This document shows positions 28,762 to 38,103 of a DNA stretch of 64,000 nt, one piece after another; position 1 is the stretch's first letter; each line of letters starts with the position of its first letter. Source of the DNA: Bacillota bacterium (GTDB taxonomy: Bacteria > Bacillota > Sulfobacillia > Fermentithermobacillales > Fermentithermobacillaceae); contig JAXGOJ010000005.1 in NCBI GenBank assembly GCA_040767525.1, positions 9,613-73,612 of the forward strand, written 5' to 3'. A program made the position numbers and the translations under genes. The notes below the pieces were generated by a model, which saw only the letters and a program-made list of their open reading frames with translations, was not told the origin of the DNA and ran no database searches.

Positions 28762-29042
28762 GCCATGTCCACAAGCAGGTTAACCCATGGAGATTTCACT
28801 GAACTGTTAATTACTTCAATTACACAGACTGCATAATTTCCCCATAAGTTTTTGTCCTAAGACGATTGTATAGATGGGGAAGGGTTAGTTAGGGGAATCT
28901 CTATGTAAAGAGGAGCTCACTAACTAATCTTGCCGGAACTTGTTTAATGTTGGTTATCTATTTGAGTACAGCACAGGAGGCGGTGGATTTGACAGGTCGG
29001 AAGAAAGGCCTGACGTGCCTGGCATTTGGGCACGGAAAACCA

Positions 29043-31298
29043 ATGATGAGGACTGCGGTAGTCTTGCTCCTGACGTGTTCACTGGTTTTGGGAATGTCAG
29101 GGTTTGCACAGGCAAACGGTAAAGGCCGGTATAAACAGGTAGAGAAGTTACTTGAGAAATTGATTAAGCAGGCCGAAAAGGCAATGAAAAAGACTAATAG
29201 ACTTGGTTTTGCCGATCTGGGCCAGGCTGCGTGGGCTCTTGAAGCAATTGCCAGAATGCAGGGTTTGGGAATAATAGAAGGTTACGGCGGAAATATATTT
29301 AAGCCCAACACCCCGGTAAAACAATCTGAAGCCCTGACTATGATGGTAAGAGCCTTCGGCTTGGAAGAAGACGCACTAGAGTTAGGCGAAAGACTCAGCG
29401 GCACATACTCGAGTCTTGACAACGACATAAAGAAGGGCAACCAGAAAAGACTCAAGAACTACTGGTACTACAATGATGATGATAACGAAGACTATACCGG
29501 ATATTTCAGTCTGGGGAGTTTGTGGTATCCATATGTGTCTGTACCTGCAAGATGGTCCCTTGGGTATGTGCTTTGGGCAGTAGAAGAGGGATGGGTGGAA
29601 CTGTCTGATATCAACCCTGAAAAACCTGCGGATCGTGCCTGGATAGCAAAAGTCATGGTACGGGCTCTGGGATACGGTGAAGAGGCTGAAGATAAGATGG
29701 GAAAACCCCTGTACTTCAAGGATTCTTCGGCTATTCCGGCCAAATACTGGGGATATGTTGCTCAAGCAGTGGATATGGGGTTGTTCGAAGGCTACAACGA
29801 CAGAACTTTCCAGCCCAATAAGCCTGTTACCAGAGCAGAGATGGCCACCATATTGGACCGTTGGGTTACCGGAGTACTTCCTGAGGAAATGCCATATCAT
29901 GTGACCGGGACAGTAAAATCCATAACCGCCGGTTCAATAACAATCAAGCTTTCGTCGGGGAAAGAGCATAACTACAGGATTTCCAAGGATGCTCTTGTTG
30001 TCAGTGGGAAGTCAAGTGTATCTGTAAGCAGCATAAAAATAGGAGATACAGTGCGCATCCTGACTAACGGTTCCGGAGTGGCCCTGCTAATAACCTTAGT
30101 TACAGGCAGTGTACCGGTTCCGGCTCCCACCCGGGAGATTATAGGGACTATTAAATCGAAGTCCAAGACGAGCAAGGGTGAAGTCGGGCTTACAGTGACT
30201 ACTGAAGAAGGGTACGAAACCCTTACTTTAGAAGCAGATTGCAAGGTTACTGATGGTACCAAGTATCTGGCCGTCTCGGCCCTGGCTGTGGGTGATGAGA
30301 TCTTGGCCAGAGAGCGCAATGGAAAAGTATATGAGATTTTAGTGCTGGCAGAATGGAGCACAACTGATATAAGCGGCACAATCAGGAAAATTACCATTGG
30401 TAATACGGTTACTCTGGAGATTGAGGTCAAATCAGGCCAAAGACACGTGTTTACTTTGCAAAAAGACGCAGCCATTACTTACCAGGGAGGGCATCTCACA
30501 TATACTGATCTTCTTGCCGGTGATGTGGTAACCCTAAGAGTTCAAAACAAGCATGTAGTGCGTGTTTGGGTCACGGCAAGGCCTGGCGTGGTATCGTATA
30601 TCACAGGGACTGTGGATGGAATCCGGTTCACTCTCGGTGGCATGGTTATGGATGTCGTAGACAGTAAGAAAGTCACTCACAAGATCACTTTGGCTTCAAA
30701 TGTCAAGATCACCAATAAAGATGATGAGATTATTGATATTTCAGAAGTATATGTTGGCGATAAGGTTAGGGTTAAGGTATTAAACAGCGTTGGTGTCGAG
30801 ATTTCCGTAACCGAGAGATACCAGGAAACCCAGGAACTTACAGGTGTAATTTCATCTATCACCGACCATACGTATCACAGGGCCATAGCGGTAAAGCAAG
30901 ATGACTGTAAAATAGATGATTTCAAGGTGTTTTCCACAACATTGATCCGGTACGGGTCTAATGAATGGGCACCGTCATTGTTGAAGGTTGGGGATAAAGT
31001 CAAAGTGGCATATGACGGTGATGAAGCAGTTGAGATTGGGGTTTTGGCACGGAATCAAGATATTCCCTTTGGCGATCTTTACGGGAAACTAGACGAGATA
31101 AATCATGGATTGCTGCAATCCATCCTGGCCTTGGAGCATGAGGGGACAAAAACTACTGTGAAAGTAGATTCTAAGACTAAGATCTCTTATGGCTCGAAGG
31201 AACTAGACAGCAGATACAGCCTAAGAAGAGGCGATATTGTAAGGGTTGTTCTTGATGGCGATACGGCTGTTGAAATAAAGATAGTTTCCAGGCCGTAA
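29043..31298 (+). CDS. S-layer homology (SLH) domain cell-surface protein with six C-terminal beta-rich repeats
   Basis: Signal peptide MMRTAVVLLLTCSLVLGMSGFAQA. SLH motifs: GYGGNIFKPNTPVKQSEALTMMVRAF and EGYNDRTFQPNKPVTRAEMATILDRW. Confidence 0.85.
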   Translation: MMRTAVVLLLTCSLVLGMSGFAQANGKGRYKQVEKLLEKLIKQAEKAMKKTNRLGFADLGQAAWALEAIARMQGLGIIEGYGGNIFKPNTPVKQSEALTMMVRAFGLEEDALELGERLSGTYSSLDNDIKKGNQKRLKNYWYYNDDDNEDYTGYFSLGSLWYPYVSVPARWSLGYVLWAVEEGWVELSDINPEKPADRAWIAKVMVRALGYGEEAEDKMGKPLYFKDSSAIPAKYWGYVAQAVDMGLFEGYNDRTFQPNKPVTRAEMATILDRWVTGVLPEEMPYHVTGTVKSITAGSITIKLSSGKEHNYRISKDALVVSGKSSVSVSSIKIGDTVRILTNGSGVALLITLVTGSVPVPAPTREIIGTIKSKSKTSKGEVGLTVTTEEGYETLTLEADCKVTDGTKYLAVSALAVGDEILARERNGKVYEILVLAEWSTTDISGTIRKITIGNTVTLEIEVKSGQRHVFTLQKDAAITYQGGHLTYTDLLAGDVVTLRVQNKHVVRVWVTARPGVVSYITGTVDGIRFTLGGMVMDVVDSKKVTHKITLASNVKITNKDDEIIDISEVYVGDKVRVKVLNSVGVEISVTERYQETQELTGVISSITDHTYHRAIAVKQDDCKIDDFKVFSTTLIRYGSNEWAPSLLKVGDKVKVAYDGDEAVEIGVLARNQDIPFGDLYGKLDEINHGLLQSILALEHEGTKTTVKVDSKTKISYGSKELDSRYSLRRGDIVRVVLDGDTAVEIKIVSRP
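29889..31295 (+). repeat. Six divergent in-frame repeats of about 65-80 aa inside the SLH protein
   Basis: Recurrent pattern (I/V)TGT(V/I)..I.......(I/L)........h.h......I.......h....L..GD.V.h.......V..I.V. Seen by eye six times. Confidence 0.6.
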
Positions 31299-31347
31299 AT
31301 ACAGATACAGTGCCTGTCAACTGCAGGCAAGGCTGAGTTCGGCAGGG

Positions 31348-31374
31348 GAGCCGGGGAGAAAATCTTCCCGGCTC
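31348..31374 (+). terminator. Hairpin terminator candidate after the SLH gene
   Basis: GAGCCGGGGAGA-aaa-TCTTCCCGGCTC (12 bp stem with one G-U pair), followed by TCGCCTGTATTTGTG. Confidence 0.5.
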
Positions 31375-31441
31375 TCGCCTGTATTTGTGCTCCCAGGGTA
31401 TTGCAGTAACTATACTGCTATTGCCTCATACACGGGGCTCT

Positions 31442-32881
31442 TCATTGCGCCAGGGCGTAAAGAGCCCTGGCATATATTTTTACCAGCAGGAGCAGGTTGT
31501 CTATGGATATGAATTCATCAGCTTGATGGACAACTTCTACATCTCCGGGCCTGGCAGGGCCATATGCTACCCCTCCGGGAATGACTTTGGCATAGGTGCC
31601 TCCGCCTATGGCTATGGGAGGAAGGCTATCTCCAGTTTCTTCCCGGTAAATCTGTAAGAGTGTTTTGACCAGGAAAGAATCCGGATCAGTATAATGGGGC
31701 TTTCCAAGGCTTATTACTTCCACCCTGACTTCGCCGGGTGCGGATTCATTTGATTCCAAAGTGCGGGTTCTTAGTTTTTCGCTCGAGATTTTCACAGGGT
31801 AGCGGATGTCATATATGCTGGTTAGGATCTTGTTTCCGTCACTTTCAGATGTTTTACACACTCCCAAATTACAGGAAAGTTTCCCCGAGACATCGTCTTG
31901 ACATTGGATACGCAGCCCGTTTCCGCAGATATCAGAGGCTTCGGCCACAAATCTGATGCTTTTCCAGGAGCCCAGATCCTCACCGAGGCATGAAAAGAGA
32001 TACAACATTGCGGCTACAGCATTAGTGCCTTGCTGTGGGACTGACGCATGGGATGCTTTTCCTCGGCACTCTATGGCGATTTGTCCGGGACCGGGAGTGA
32101 ATTCAAATGACAAGGGCCCCGGCCCCGCAACAAGACTCTTGATTTCGGGTATGTGATTTTCCAGCCTGTGTATTACCGTTGATTCCTGGCCCTCAGGGAC
32201 GGTAATGACCGCCCGGGCTTTTTCCGGGACAATGTTTGGTCTTTCACCGCCGCACAGGTACACCAGGGAATAGGTCCCTTTGCGAACAATGGCTGTGACT
32301 TTGACTTTCATGTTACCTTTTTCGGCGAAAACCAGAGGGAATTCTGCATCGGGAGAAAACCCGTAGGTGGGTTTTTCTTCAACCTCAAAGTAGTGCCGGA
32401 CACAACGGAATCCTGATTCTTCGTTGCCTCCTACCACATGCCTTATTCTCCTGTTTAAAGGTGCTCCGCTTTCTTTAATCGCTCTCAGGGCGTAAAGACA
32501 TGCAATGGTCGGCCCCTTGTTATCCTGAGCTCCCCTCCCGTAAATTTTGGCGTCATATACTTCACCCCGGGGGTTCCGGGCCCATCCGGTACCGAAGGGG
32601 ACGATGTCTGCGTGGGTGAGAGCCATTGCCATTTCAGCACCTGATCCAATCTCAGCATGAACTGCATAGCCGTTGACAGTTGTTACACTCATTCCGAAGT
32701 TCCTGGCTTTTTCAAGGTACATATCGAATGCCCTGGCTACTTCGGGCCCAAAGGGTTCTCCATCTCCTGCCGGCCCCTCAGTGCTCGGGATGGCTATGAG
32801 TTCGAGTAAAGACGAGACAATTTCGCCTTTGTGTTTCGGAATCCAATCCTGAAGAAAAGAAGAAAAAGCCTTTTGATCCAT
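31442..32881 (-). CDS. pepV: Dipeptidase PepV / Sapep family M20 metallopeptidase
   Basis: THADIVPFGTGWARNPRGEVYDAKIYGRGAQDNKGP and VVGGNEESGFRC motifs, about 479 aa. Confidence 0.85.
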   Translation of the reverse strand: MDQKAFSSFLQDWIPKHKGEIVSSLLELIAIPSTEGPAGDGEPFGPEVARAFDMYLEKARNFGMSVTTVNGYAVHAEIGSGAEMAMALTHADIVPFGTGWARNPRGEVYDAKIYGRGAQDNKGPTIACLYALRAIKESGAPLNRRIRHVVGGNEESGFRCVRHYFEVEEKPTYGFSPDAEFPLVFAEKGNMKVKVTAIVRKGTYSLVYLCGGERPNIVPEKARAVITVPEGQESTVIHRLENHIPEIKSLVAGPGPLSFEFTPGPGQIAIECRGKASHASVPQQGTNAVAAMLYLFSCLGEDLGSWKSIRFVAEASDICGNGLRIQCQDDVSGKLSCNLGVCKTSESDGNKILTSIYDIRYPVKISSEKLRTRTLESNESAPGEVRVEVISLGKPHYTDPDSFLVKTLLQIYREETGDSLPPIAIGGGTYAKVIPGGVAYGPARPGDVEVVHQADEFISIDNLLLLVKIYARALYALAQ

Positions 32882-32950
32882 TGATTAAGCCTCTCTTTCT
32901 GTGGTTTAGCTGCAGCCTGGGATGACGGCCGGTTCTCAAACTGCTCATTA

Positions 32951-33654
32951 TTAATCATTTGGTTCTTTGTTCAATAAAGAGGGGCATTTTCCTTCTTTGG
33001 GGAATTTAATTATTATGAGAGGAGTCTTTTGATCATCGTTGCCGAAGGGATTGGATCTGAGGATGTCTTTGATAAACTCTTCTTGATGGGGTTTGAGAGA
33101 AAAACTGGTCCCTAATATATCAACTGAACCTTTATCGTTTACGTCAAGAATGAGAGTCCACAACCCCGTCTTTTTCCAAATTTGCCTGGCTACAAGGTTT
33201 GGGTTTTCGGGCCCAAGTATTATATGCCTTTCAAAGGGCGGCATTGTTCCGCCTGAATCATCAATCTCGGCCACCTGATGCCCTGCTATCCTAAAGAAGG
33301 TTCCCTTAATACCGAATATTTTTCCTGCAAGGGCGCACAAAGCTGCGAGGATAATTCTGGGGGCGCCCACTTCACAAATGGCCATTTGCATAGATCTTTC
33401 AGCAGAAATACTGGCGTCAGGGTGGGCAAACCTGGAAAGAAACCTGGCGAGATTCCCGGTATTACCTGTTCAGGCTCTATAGCCCGGCCTTGCATAATAG
33501 CCACTACAGATTCAGCAATCCCTACAAGATCTTGAGGTTCAGCCACGCCTTTAGTGTAATGATGAACTATGTCAGCCGGGGCATCCTTTTGTGTAATCAG
33601 GTGAGTTCTGATTCTCAATATGGCCGTGTTTTCTTTATTCCACAGGCGTAACAC
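32951..33654 (-). pseudogene. CofE-like (F420-0:gamma-glutamyl ligase family) protein, frameshifted near 33400-33450
   Basis: ORFs 33286..33663 and 32951..33391 overlap in different frames. The joined sequence is ...DLVGIAESVVAIMQGRAIE...RFLSRFAHPDASISAERSMQMAICEVGAPRIIL.... The likely GTG start is at 33654, 9 nt after GAGGA. Confidence 0.55.
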
Positions 33655-34687
33655 CTTCTTCACTCCTCAATATTTCCCTGGGTGTGACGGCGTGACAAAG
33701 TTTTTTGTGACACTCCCGGTTTAGTCTATTTTGTTTGGCAAGGTATCGTGCAATGCCGTTGTATATGGACTGAGCTATTCGTTTTCTGAAAAGAGGCGCC
33801 CGGAAATTTGCCTCATCTGCAAAGTGGGTCAGGCATAAAGGTTCGACCCTGATAACAGGGAAAGGCCAGCCGAATTCGCCGGTCAATGGGTCAATGGTTT
33901 CAACTCTCATGCCCATTCGTTCAAACAAGGCTGCAGAAGTCTCACTTCCAAGAAGATAAGATTCCATGCAGTTGTTATTTGCTGCGACTCTATATTTCTG
34001 AATCAAGGGGTTTTTATCTCCTGATACATGGATCTGAACACCTAATGTCGGGCTATTTGCTACAAGAAGTCTGTGGCGGCCTTCATCAGTTAAGTGACTG
34101 TCGTCTTTTCTTGTGAGGATGGGAAGCCCTTGTGACAATTCTAAAAGAGCGGACAATTCTTTGGCCAGTTCCAGGGTTACATGTTTCTCAGTAAGGTCTA
34201 CCGGGCCTTGATACCCTCTGTCACTTCCTCCGTGTCCCGGATCAATGCCAATTTTGATGCCCCCAAATAGATTCTGAAGAGGTTTCCGGGAAAAGGAAAA
34301 CTCCATAAAGCAAGGTAAGCCGGAAGCCTGGGATATTGACATCTCCGGCTTATGTACGGGCAGGCCCTTGTTAGTATCATCATTCCCTTCGCCGAAAGTC
34401 TTGTCAGGTAGTTGCTCCAGGCAAATGTCAACGGTAACTCTAAAGGGGCCTGTGGAATGGATGCTTACAAGTTTTATCAAACCATCTGCCACGGTAATGT
34501 CATCGTCTGCCATTATGAGTTCCATGCCGTCGAGAGTGATCCTGTATACCCAAAGGTTGTCCTTTTGAATCTTTTCTACATGAATTCCATCAGGCAAAGC
34601 GGTTGATTCCAGAGTAACCCTGGAAACCCACTTTCCTTCAGGAGAAAAACAAACCAAAGGCCAGGCATTTAAAATTCCTTTTCTCAC
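33635..34687 (-). CDS. N-acetylmuramoyl-L-alanine amidase (Amidase_3) with an N-terminal extra domain
   Basis: IGIDPGHGGSDRGYQGP...LTEKHVTLELAKEL...QIHVS...EPLCLTHFADE. The start overlaps the upstream stop by 4 nt. Confidence 0.8.
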   Translation of the reverse strand: MRKGILNAWPLVCFSPEGKWVSRVTLESTALPDGIHVEKIQKDNLWVYRITLDGMELIMADDDITVADGLIKLVSIHSTGPFRVTVDICLEQLPDKTFGEGNDDTNKGLPVHKPEMSISQASGLPCFMEFSFSRKPLQNLFGGIKIGIDPGHGGSDRGYQGPVDLTEKHVTLELAKELSALLELSQGLPILTRKDDSHLTDEGRHRLLVANSPTLGVQIHVSGDKNPLIQKYRVAANNNCMESYLLGSETSAALFERMGMRVETIDPLTGEFGWPFPVIRVEPLCLTHFADEANFRAPLFRKRIAQSIYNGIARYLAKQNRLNRECHKKLCHAVTPREILRSEEGVTPVE

Positions 34688-36246
34688 ATTTCTTTCACCA
34701 CTCGAAGGGTCGTCAATGTCCTATCCTCGGGGCCGGAAATCCCGAAAGCCAGCCGTCTTATTATAATAAGGTAGTCAATAGTATCCTGGGATATTACTTC
34801 TCCTGGGTACAGGATAGGTATTCCCGGCGGGTAGCAGGTGACTACTTCTGCACTGATCCTGCCTGCAGCTTCACTCAAAAGCACTCTATCCCAGTTGCTT
34901 TGCGAAGCGTTTCTGGGAGTCATGGCCATAGTGGGTACAGAAGGCAAAACAGGAATGGACTTTTGAGCTGCAAGAAGTCGCTTCGGTAATTTTCCGCTGT
35001 CTACAGCTTTTGTCAGCGAGGCCAGTCCTTCCACAAGGGCCGATACATCTTCTGGGCTGTTGCCATAACTTACTATTACAAGGATATTGTAAAGATCTGA
35101 CATCTCTACCTGGATTCCTTTTTCGTTTCGCAAGTATGTTTCCGCCTGATAGCCTGTGATTCCCAATTCTCTTACTGTTATGGTAACCTTAGTCGGGTCC
35201 AGAGCATCTACGCCGGGTTTTTCAGTGATTTCATGGCCAAAGGAGTACAGGCCCGGAATCTTGTTGATCTCTTCTCTCAGTCCATTGGCCATGGTTATGG
35301 CGTAGTCCATAAGTTTTGTGCCGTTGAGGGCCATCTGTCTTCTGGCTGCGTCCAAAGATGCCAAAAGCAGATATGATGCACTGGTTGAAGTCAGGCATTG
35401 AAAAGATGCTTTGAGACGGGCAGGTTCGATTCCAGGGCCTTTTACGTGCAGAAAAGACGCCTGGGTAAGTGCTCCAAGTATCTTATGTGCTCCCTGGGCC
35501 ACTGCATCTGCTCCGGCTTCAAGGGCGGGTTTAGGCAGTCCAGGGTGGAAATGGAAATGGGGGCCGTGGGCTTCATCCACCATTAATATCTTGTTTAAGC
35601 CGTGAACCATGGACGATATTGTCGAAAGGTCTTGTGACGTTCCGTAATATGTTGGATTCACAAGCAAAACTCCTTTGGCTTTCTGAGCTTCAGGATTCAC
35701 TGCCAGGCATTGGGCCAGGGAAGTTTCCTCGACACCAAGGGCGAAGCCAAGGTAGTCATCATATGCCGGGAGCACGAATACAGGGCGGGCGCCAGAGAGG
35801 ATTATCGCCGACAAAATAGACTTGTGAATGTTTCTCGGAATTATGATAGAGTCACTGTCGTTAAAAACCCCAAGAACCATGGCTTGAATTGCTCCGGAAG
35901 TTCCATTTACCACAAAAAAAGTTTGGTCGGCTCCGAAAAGGGCCGCTGCCAGATCCTGGGCGTCTCTTATACATCCTTGAGGTTCTTGAAGATCATCCAT
36001 AGTAGGAACGCCTGTGACGTCATTATTGAAAGCTTTTTGGCCCAGCAAGGATAGCCCCAGAGGGTCGGCGCCTCTGCCGCCTCTGTGCCCGGGCATGTGA
36101 AACCTGATAGTGTTCGAATAGGCAAGAAGAGACTCAATAATGGGGGCTCTTTCCTGACCCGGGTTTACCCTTTCGGAGGTTGAGGGTACCTCCTGGATAT
36201 TCTGGATATCTATTAAGTTGCGTACATATTCTGAGATGATGTCCAC
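34684..36246 (-). CDS. Orn/Lys/Arg decarboxylase family PLP enzyme (SpeA/YaaO-like)
   Basis: HMPGHRGG near the N-terminus, FVVNGTSGAIQAM, the lysine region GAHKILGALTQAS and a C-terminal decarboxylase domain. GGGAGGTTAACC RBS before the GTG. Confidence 0.85.
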   Translation of the reverse strand: MDIISEYVRNLIDIQNIQEVPSTSERVNPGQERAPIIESLLAYSNTIRFHMPGHRGGRGADPLGLSLLGQKAFNNDVTGVPTMDDLQEPQGCIRDAQDLAAALFGADQTFFVVNGTSGAIQAMVLGVFNDSDSIIIPRNIHKSILSAIILSGARPVFVLPAYDDYLGFALGVEETSLAQCLAVNPEAQKAKGVLLVNPTYYGTSQDLSTISSMVHGLNKILMVDEAHGPHFHFHPGLPKPALEAGADAVAQGAHKILGALTQASFLHVKGPGIEPARLKASFQCLTSTSASYLLLASLDAARRQMALNGTKLMDYAITMANGLREEINKIPGLYSFGHEITEKPGVDALDPTKVTITVRELGITGYQAETYLRNEKGIQVEMSDLYNILVIVSYGNSPEDVSALVEGLASLTKAVDSGKLPKRLLAAQKSIPVLPSVPTMAMTPRNASQSNWDRVLLSEAAGRISAEVVTCYPPGIPILYPGEVISQDTIDYLIIIRRLAFGISGPEDRTLTTLRVVKEM

Positions 36247-36373
36247 CGGTTAACCTCCCAATGTACCCTAACGGTTTTCAGTCTATTCACGAGAAACTCA
36301 AACTGTTACCGGGTTATTATACTCAAACTACATCCTTGTGGGGAGCCTGCTTCAAGAAATTATCTTCAAAAGT

Positions 36374-37621
36374 CTATTCATTTTGCTCCCTTCTGGCAAT
36401 AGCCGCCATTTTGGATACTTCAAGTTCTTCAACGATGTACAAGGCTCCTTTAGCCTCTTGCATCATTTCCCTCAAGAAACTGCGGTTAGGCTCAAGCCCA
36501 ATACACCCTAGATTTACTCCTTGCCTGGTAAGGGTTTTTGCTGCATCTATTGCGTCATCTATTGGAGAAAGGGTTTTGTGGGGCACGGTAGGAATCCCAT
36601 CTGTCACGCATAGTACAAGGGGCTTGAGCACTGATTTTCTGCAAAGAACCCCTGCTTTTTCAAGCCCTGTTGCCAGAGGAGTCAGGCCCTGGGCCTGTAT
36701 CCTGGCAAGCCCTTCTTCAAGCCGCTGAGGGCTTTTGGTGAAATCGCATACAACCTCTACGTCTGAATCCTGGAAAACAACTACGCAGAGTTTTTCTTTG
36801 TTTGTTACAATCAGGTGCCGGGCCAGCTCTTTTGCAGATGCAATTCGTTTGCCTGACATTGACGCTGACGCATCCAACAATAGTATGATAGGTCTGGATT
36901 TCTTCTCTCTTATATACCAGAAGCGAAGGTCGGCCGGGGCCAATGGCCCCCGGCTTTGAAGGGTTCTTATGCATTTTGCCATTATAGTCTCGGCTATGGC
37001 CAGGTGTCCGATTTGATCACCTGCAGCTTTAGGCAGAGCGTAGCCTCTGGATCGTGCTATGGCAGGCCTGAGTTTGACGCCTGGCCTTTCGGCTTTTGGC
37101 ATGCTTTGGGCTGGAAGGGACCACAAAAGCCGTCTCAGATAAGCCTCGATTTCAGCTGAGTGTTGCCTGAGATGCTGAAGGGCCAGCCTCCCCTGGCCTG
37201 TCAACCTGTAACGCTGACCGTCGAAATGTAACAGGGAAGACGCGTAAAGGGCCTGACGGATCTCGTTTCCTGACTTATCTCTGGATCCGGTAAACCTGGA
37301 CAATTCCCCTGGCCGCATGCCCTTGGCCAACGCCTCCAGAAGCTTCAGGGCATCATTGACAGAACCTGCGCCTTTGGCTGCCTGCCTTGCAAGGGCTTCT
37401 TTCCTGTACCAGGAAATTGATTCGTGCTCAGGGTTACCGGCCTGTTGTTGGAGAAGGGAATCGCTTGAGGTTTGATAGTCTTTCAGGTTCACCGGTGCTG
37501 TCTTTCTGGCCATCTTGATTTCCCGGACTTTTCTAAGTTCCAATCCTGATCTTTCAATGGCTGATTCAACTGACGCAACCAGGGTAAGAATCCCGGAAAT
37601 CAACTCGCTTATGTTCAACAT
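36374..37621 (-). CDS. VWA (integrin I-like) domain protein with a helical, winged-helix-like N-terminal half. It resembles the C-terminal part of BchD/ChlD.
   Basis: MIDAS residues are in context: ILLLDASASMSG ... GLTPLATG ... LCVTDGIPT. No obvious SD lies before ATG 37621. Confidence 0.75.
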   Translation of the reverse strand: MLNISELISGILTLVASVESAIERSGLELRKVREIKMARKTAPVNLKDYQTSSDSLLQQQAGNPEHESISWYRKEALARQAAKGAGSVNDALKLLEALAKGMRPGELSRFTGSRDKSGNEIRQALYASSLLHFDGQRYRLTGQGRLALQHLRQHSAEIEAYLRRLLWSLPAQSMPKAERPGVKLRPAIARSRGYALPKAAGDQIGHLAIAETIMAKCIRTLQSRGPLAPADLRFWYIREKKSRPIILLLDASASMSGKRIASAKELARHLIVTNKEKLCVVVFQDSDVEVVCDFTKSPQRLEEGLARIQAQGLTPLATGLEKAGVLCRKSVLKPLVLCVTDGIPTVPHKTLSPIDDAIDAAKTLTRQGVNLGCIGLEPNRSFLREMMQEAKGALYIVEELEVSKMAAIARREQNE

Positions 37622-37677
37622 GGCCAGATGAACGTGGGTTAGGTGGGCGGTTCTTACGCTTTCTTCCTGGCCCGAAG

Positions 37678-38103
37678 TTAAAGGGCCATCGAGTCTTCCT
37701 CCGCCAAGGGCTGTCTGAAGATCAATGTAGGGTATGAAAGGCCCAATGTTAGGGCCAGGTGCTTTGGCCTGGGTTTCAAGACGGAGTCCTGAAAAGGCCC
37801 TCTTATGGATAGGCTCACTTCTTTTGGGCTTACCCTGCCTTCTGAGTGAAAAATATCAATGTGAACTACTTCATTGGGGTTTTGTCTGTGATAGAAAACC
37901 TCCCCTGCGTCAGCATCAACTATGGCTGTTACTCTGTGAGGCCGTTTGACGTCTTGCATGTGGACCTTGGTAGAGACAACCGCTGTTTCACCTATCCGGA
38001 CTGCCATGTGTTTTGAAAGGAGTATTTGCAGGTTAGAAAGGACCTGCCGCTGCATGGTACCTGACCCTTCAGGAAAGTAAATCACCGGATAGAATCTTCC
38101 CAT
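37678..38103 (-). CDS. Hypothetical protein (125-141 aa) between the AAA+ and VWA genes
   Basis: An ORF with no motif I recognise. ATG 38103 overlaps the upstream gene by 22 nt. The alternative ATG 38055 has GAAGGG 9 nt upstream. Confidence 0.45.
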   Translation of the reverse strand: MGRFYPVIYFPEGSGTMQRQVLSNLQILLSKHMAVRIGETAVVSTKVHMQDVKRPHRVTAIVDADAGEVFYHRQNPNEVVHIDIFHSEGRVSPKEVSLSIRGPFQDSVLKPRPKHLALTLGLSYPTLIFRQPLAEEDSMAL

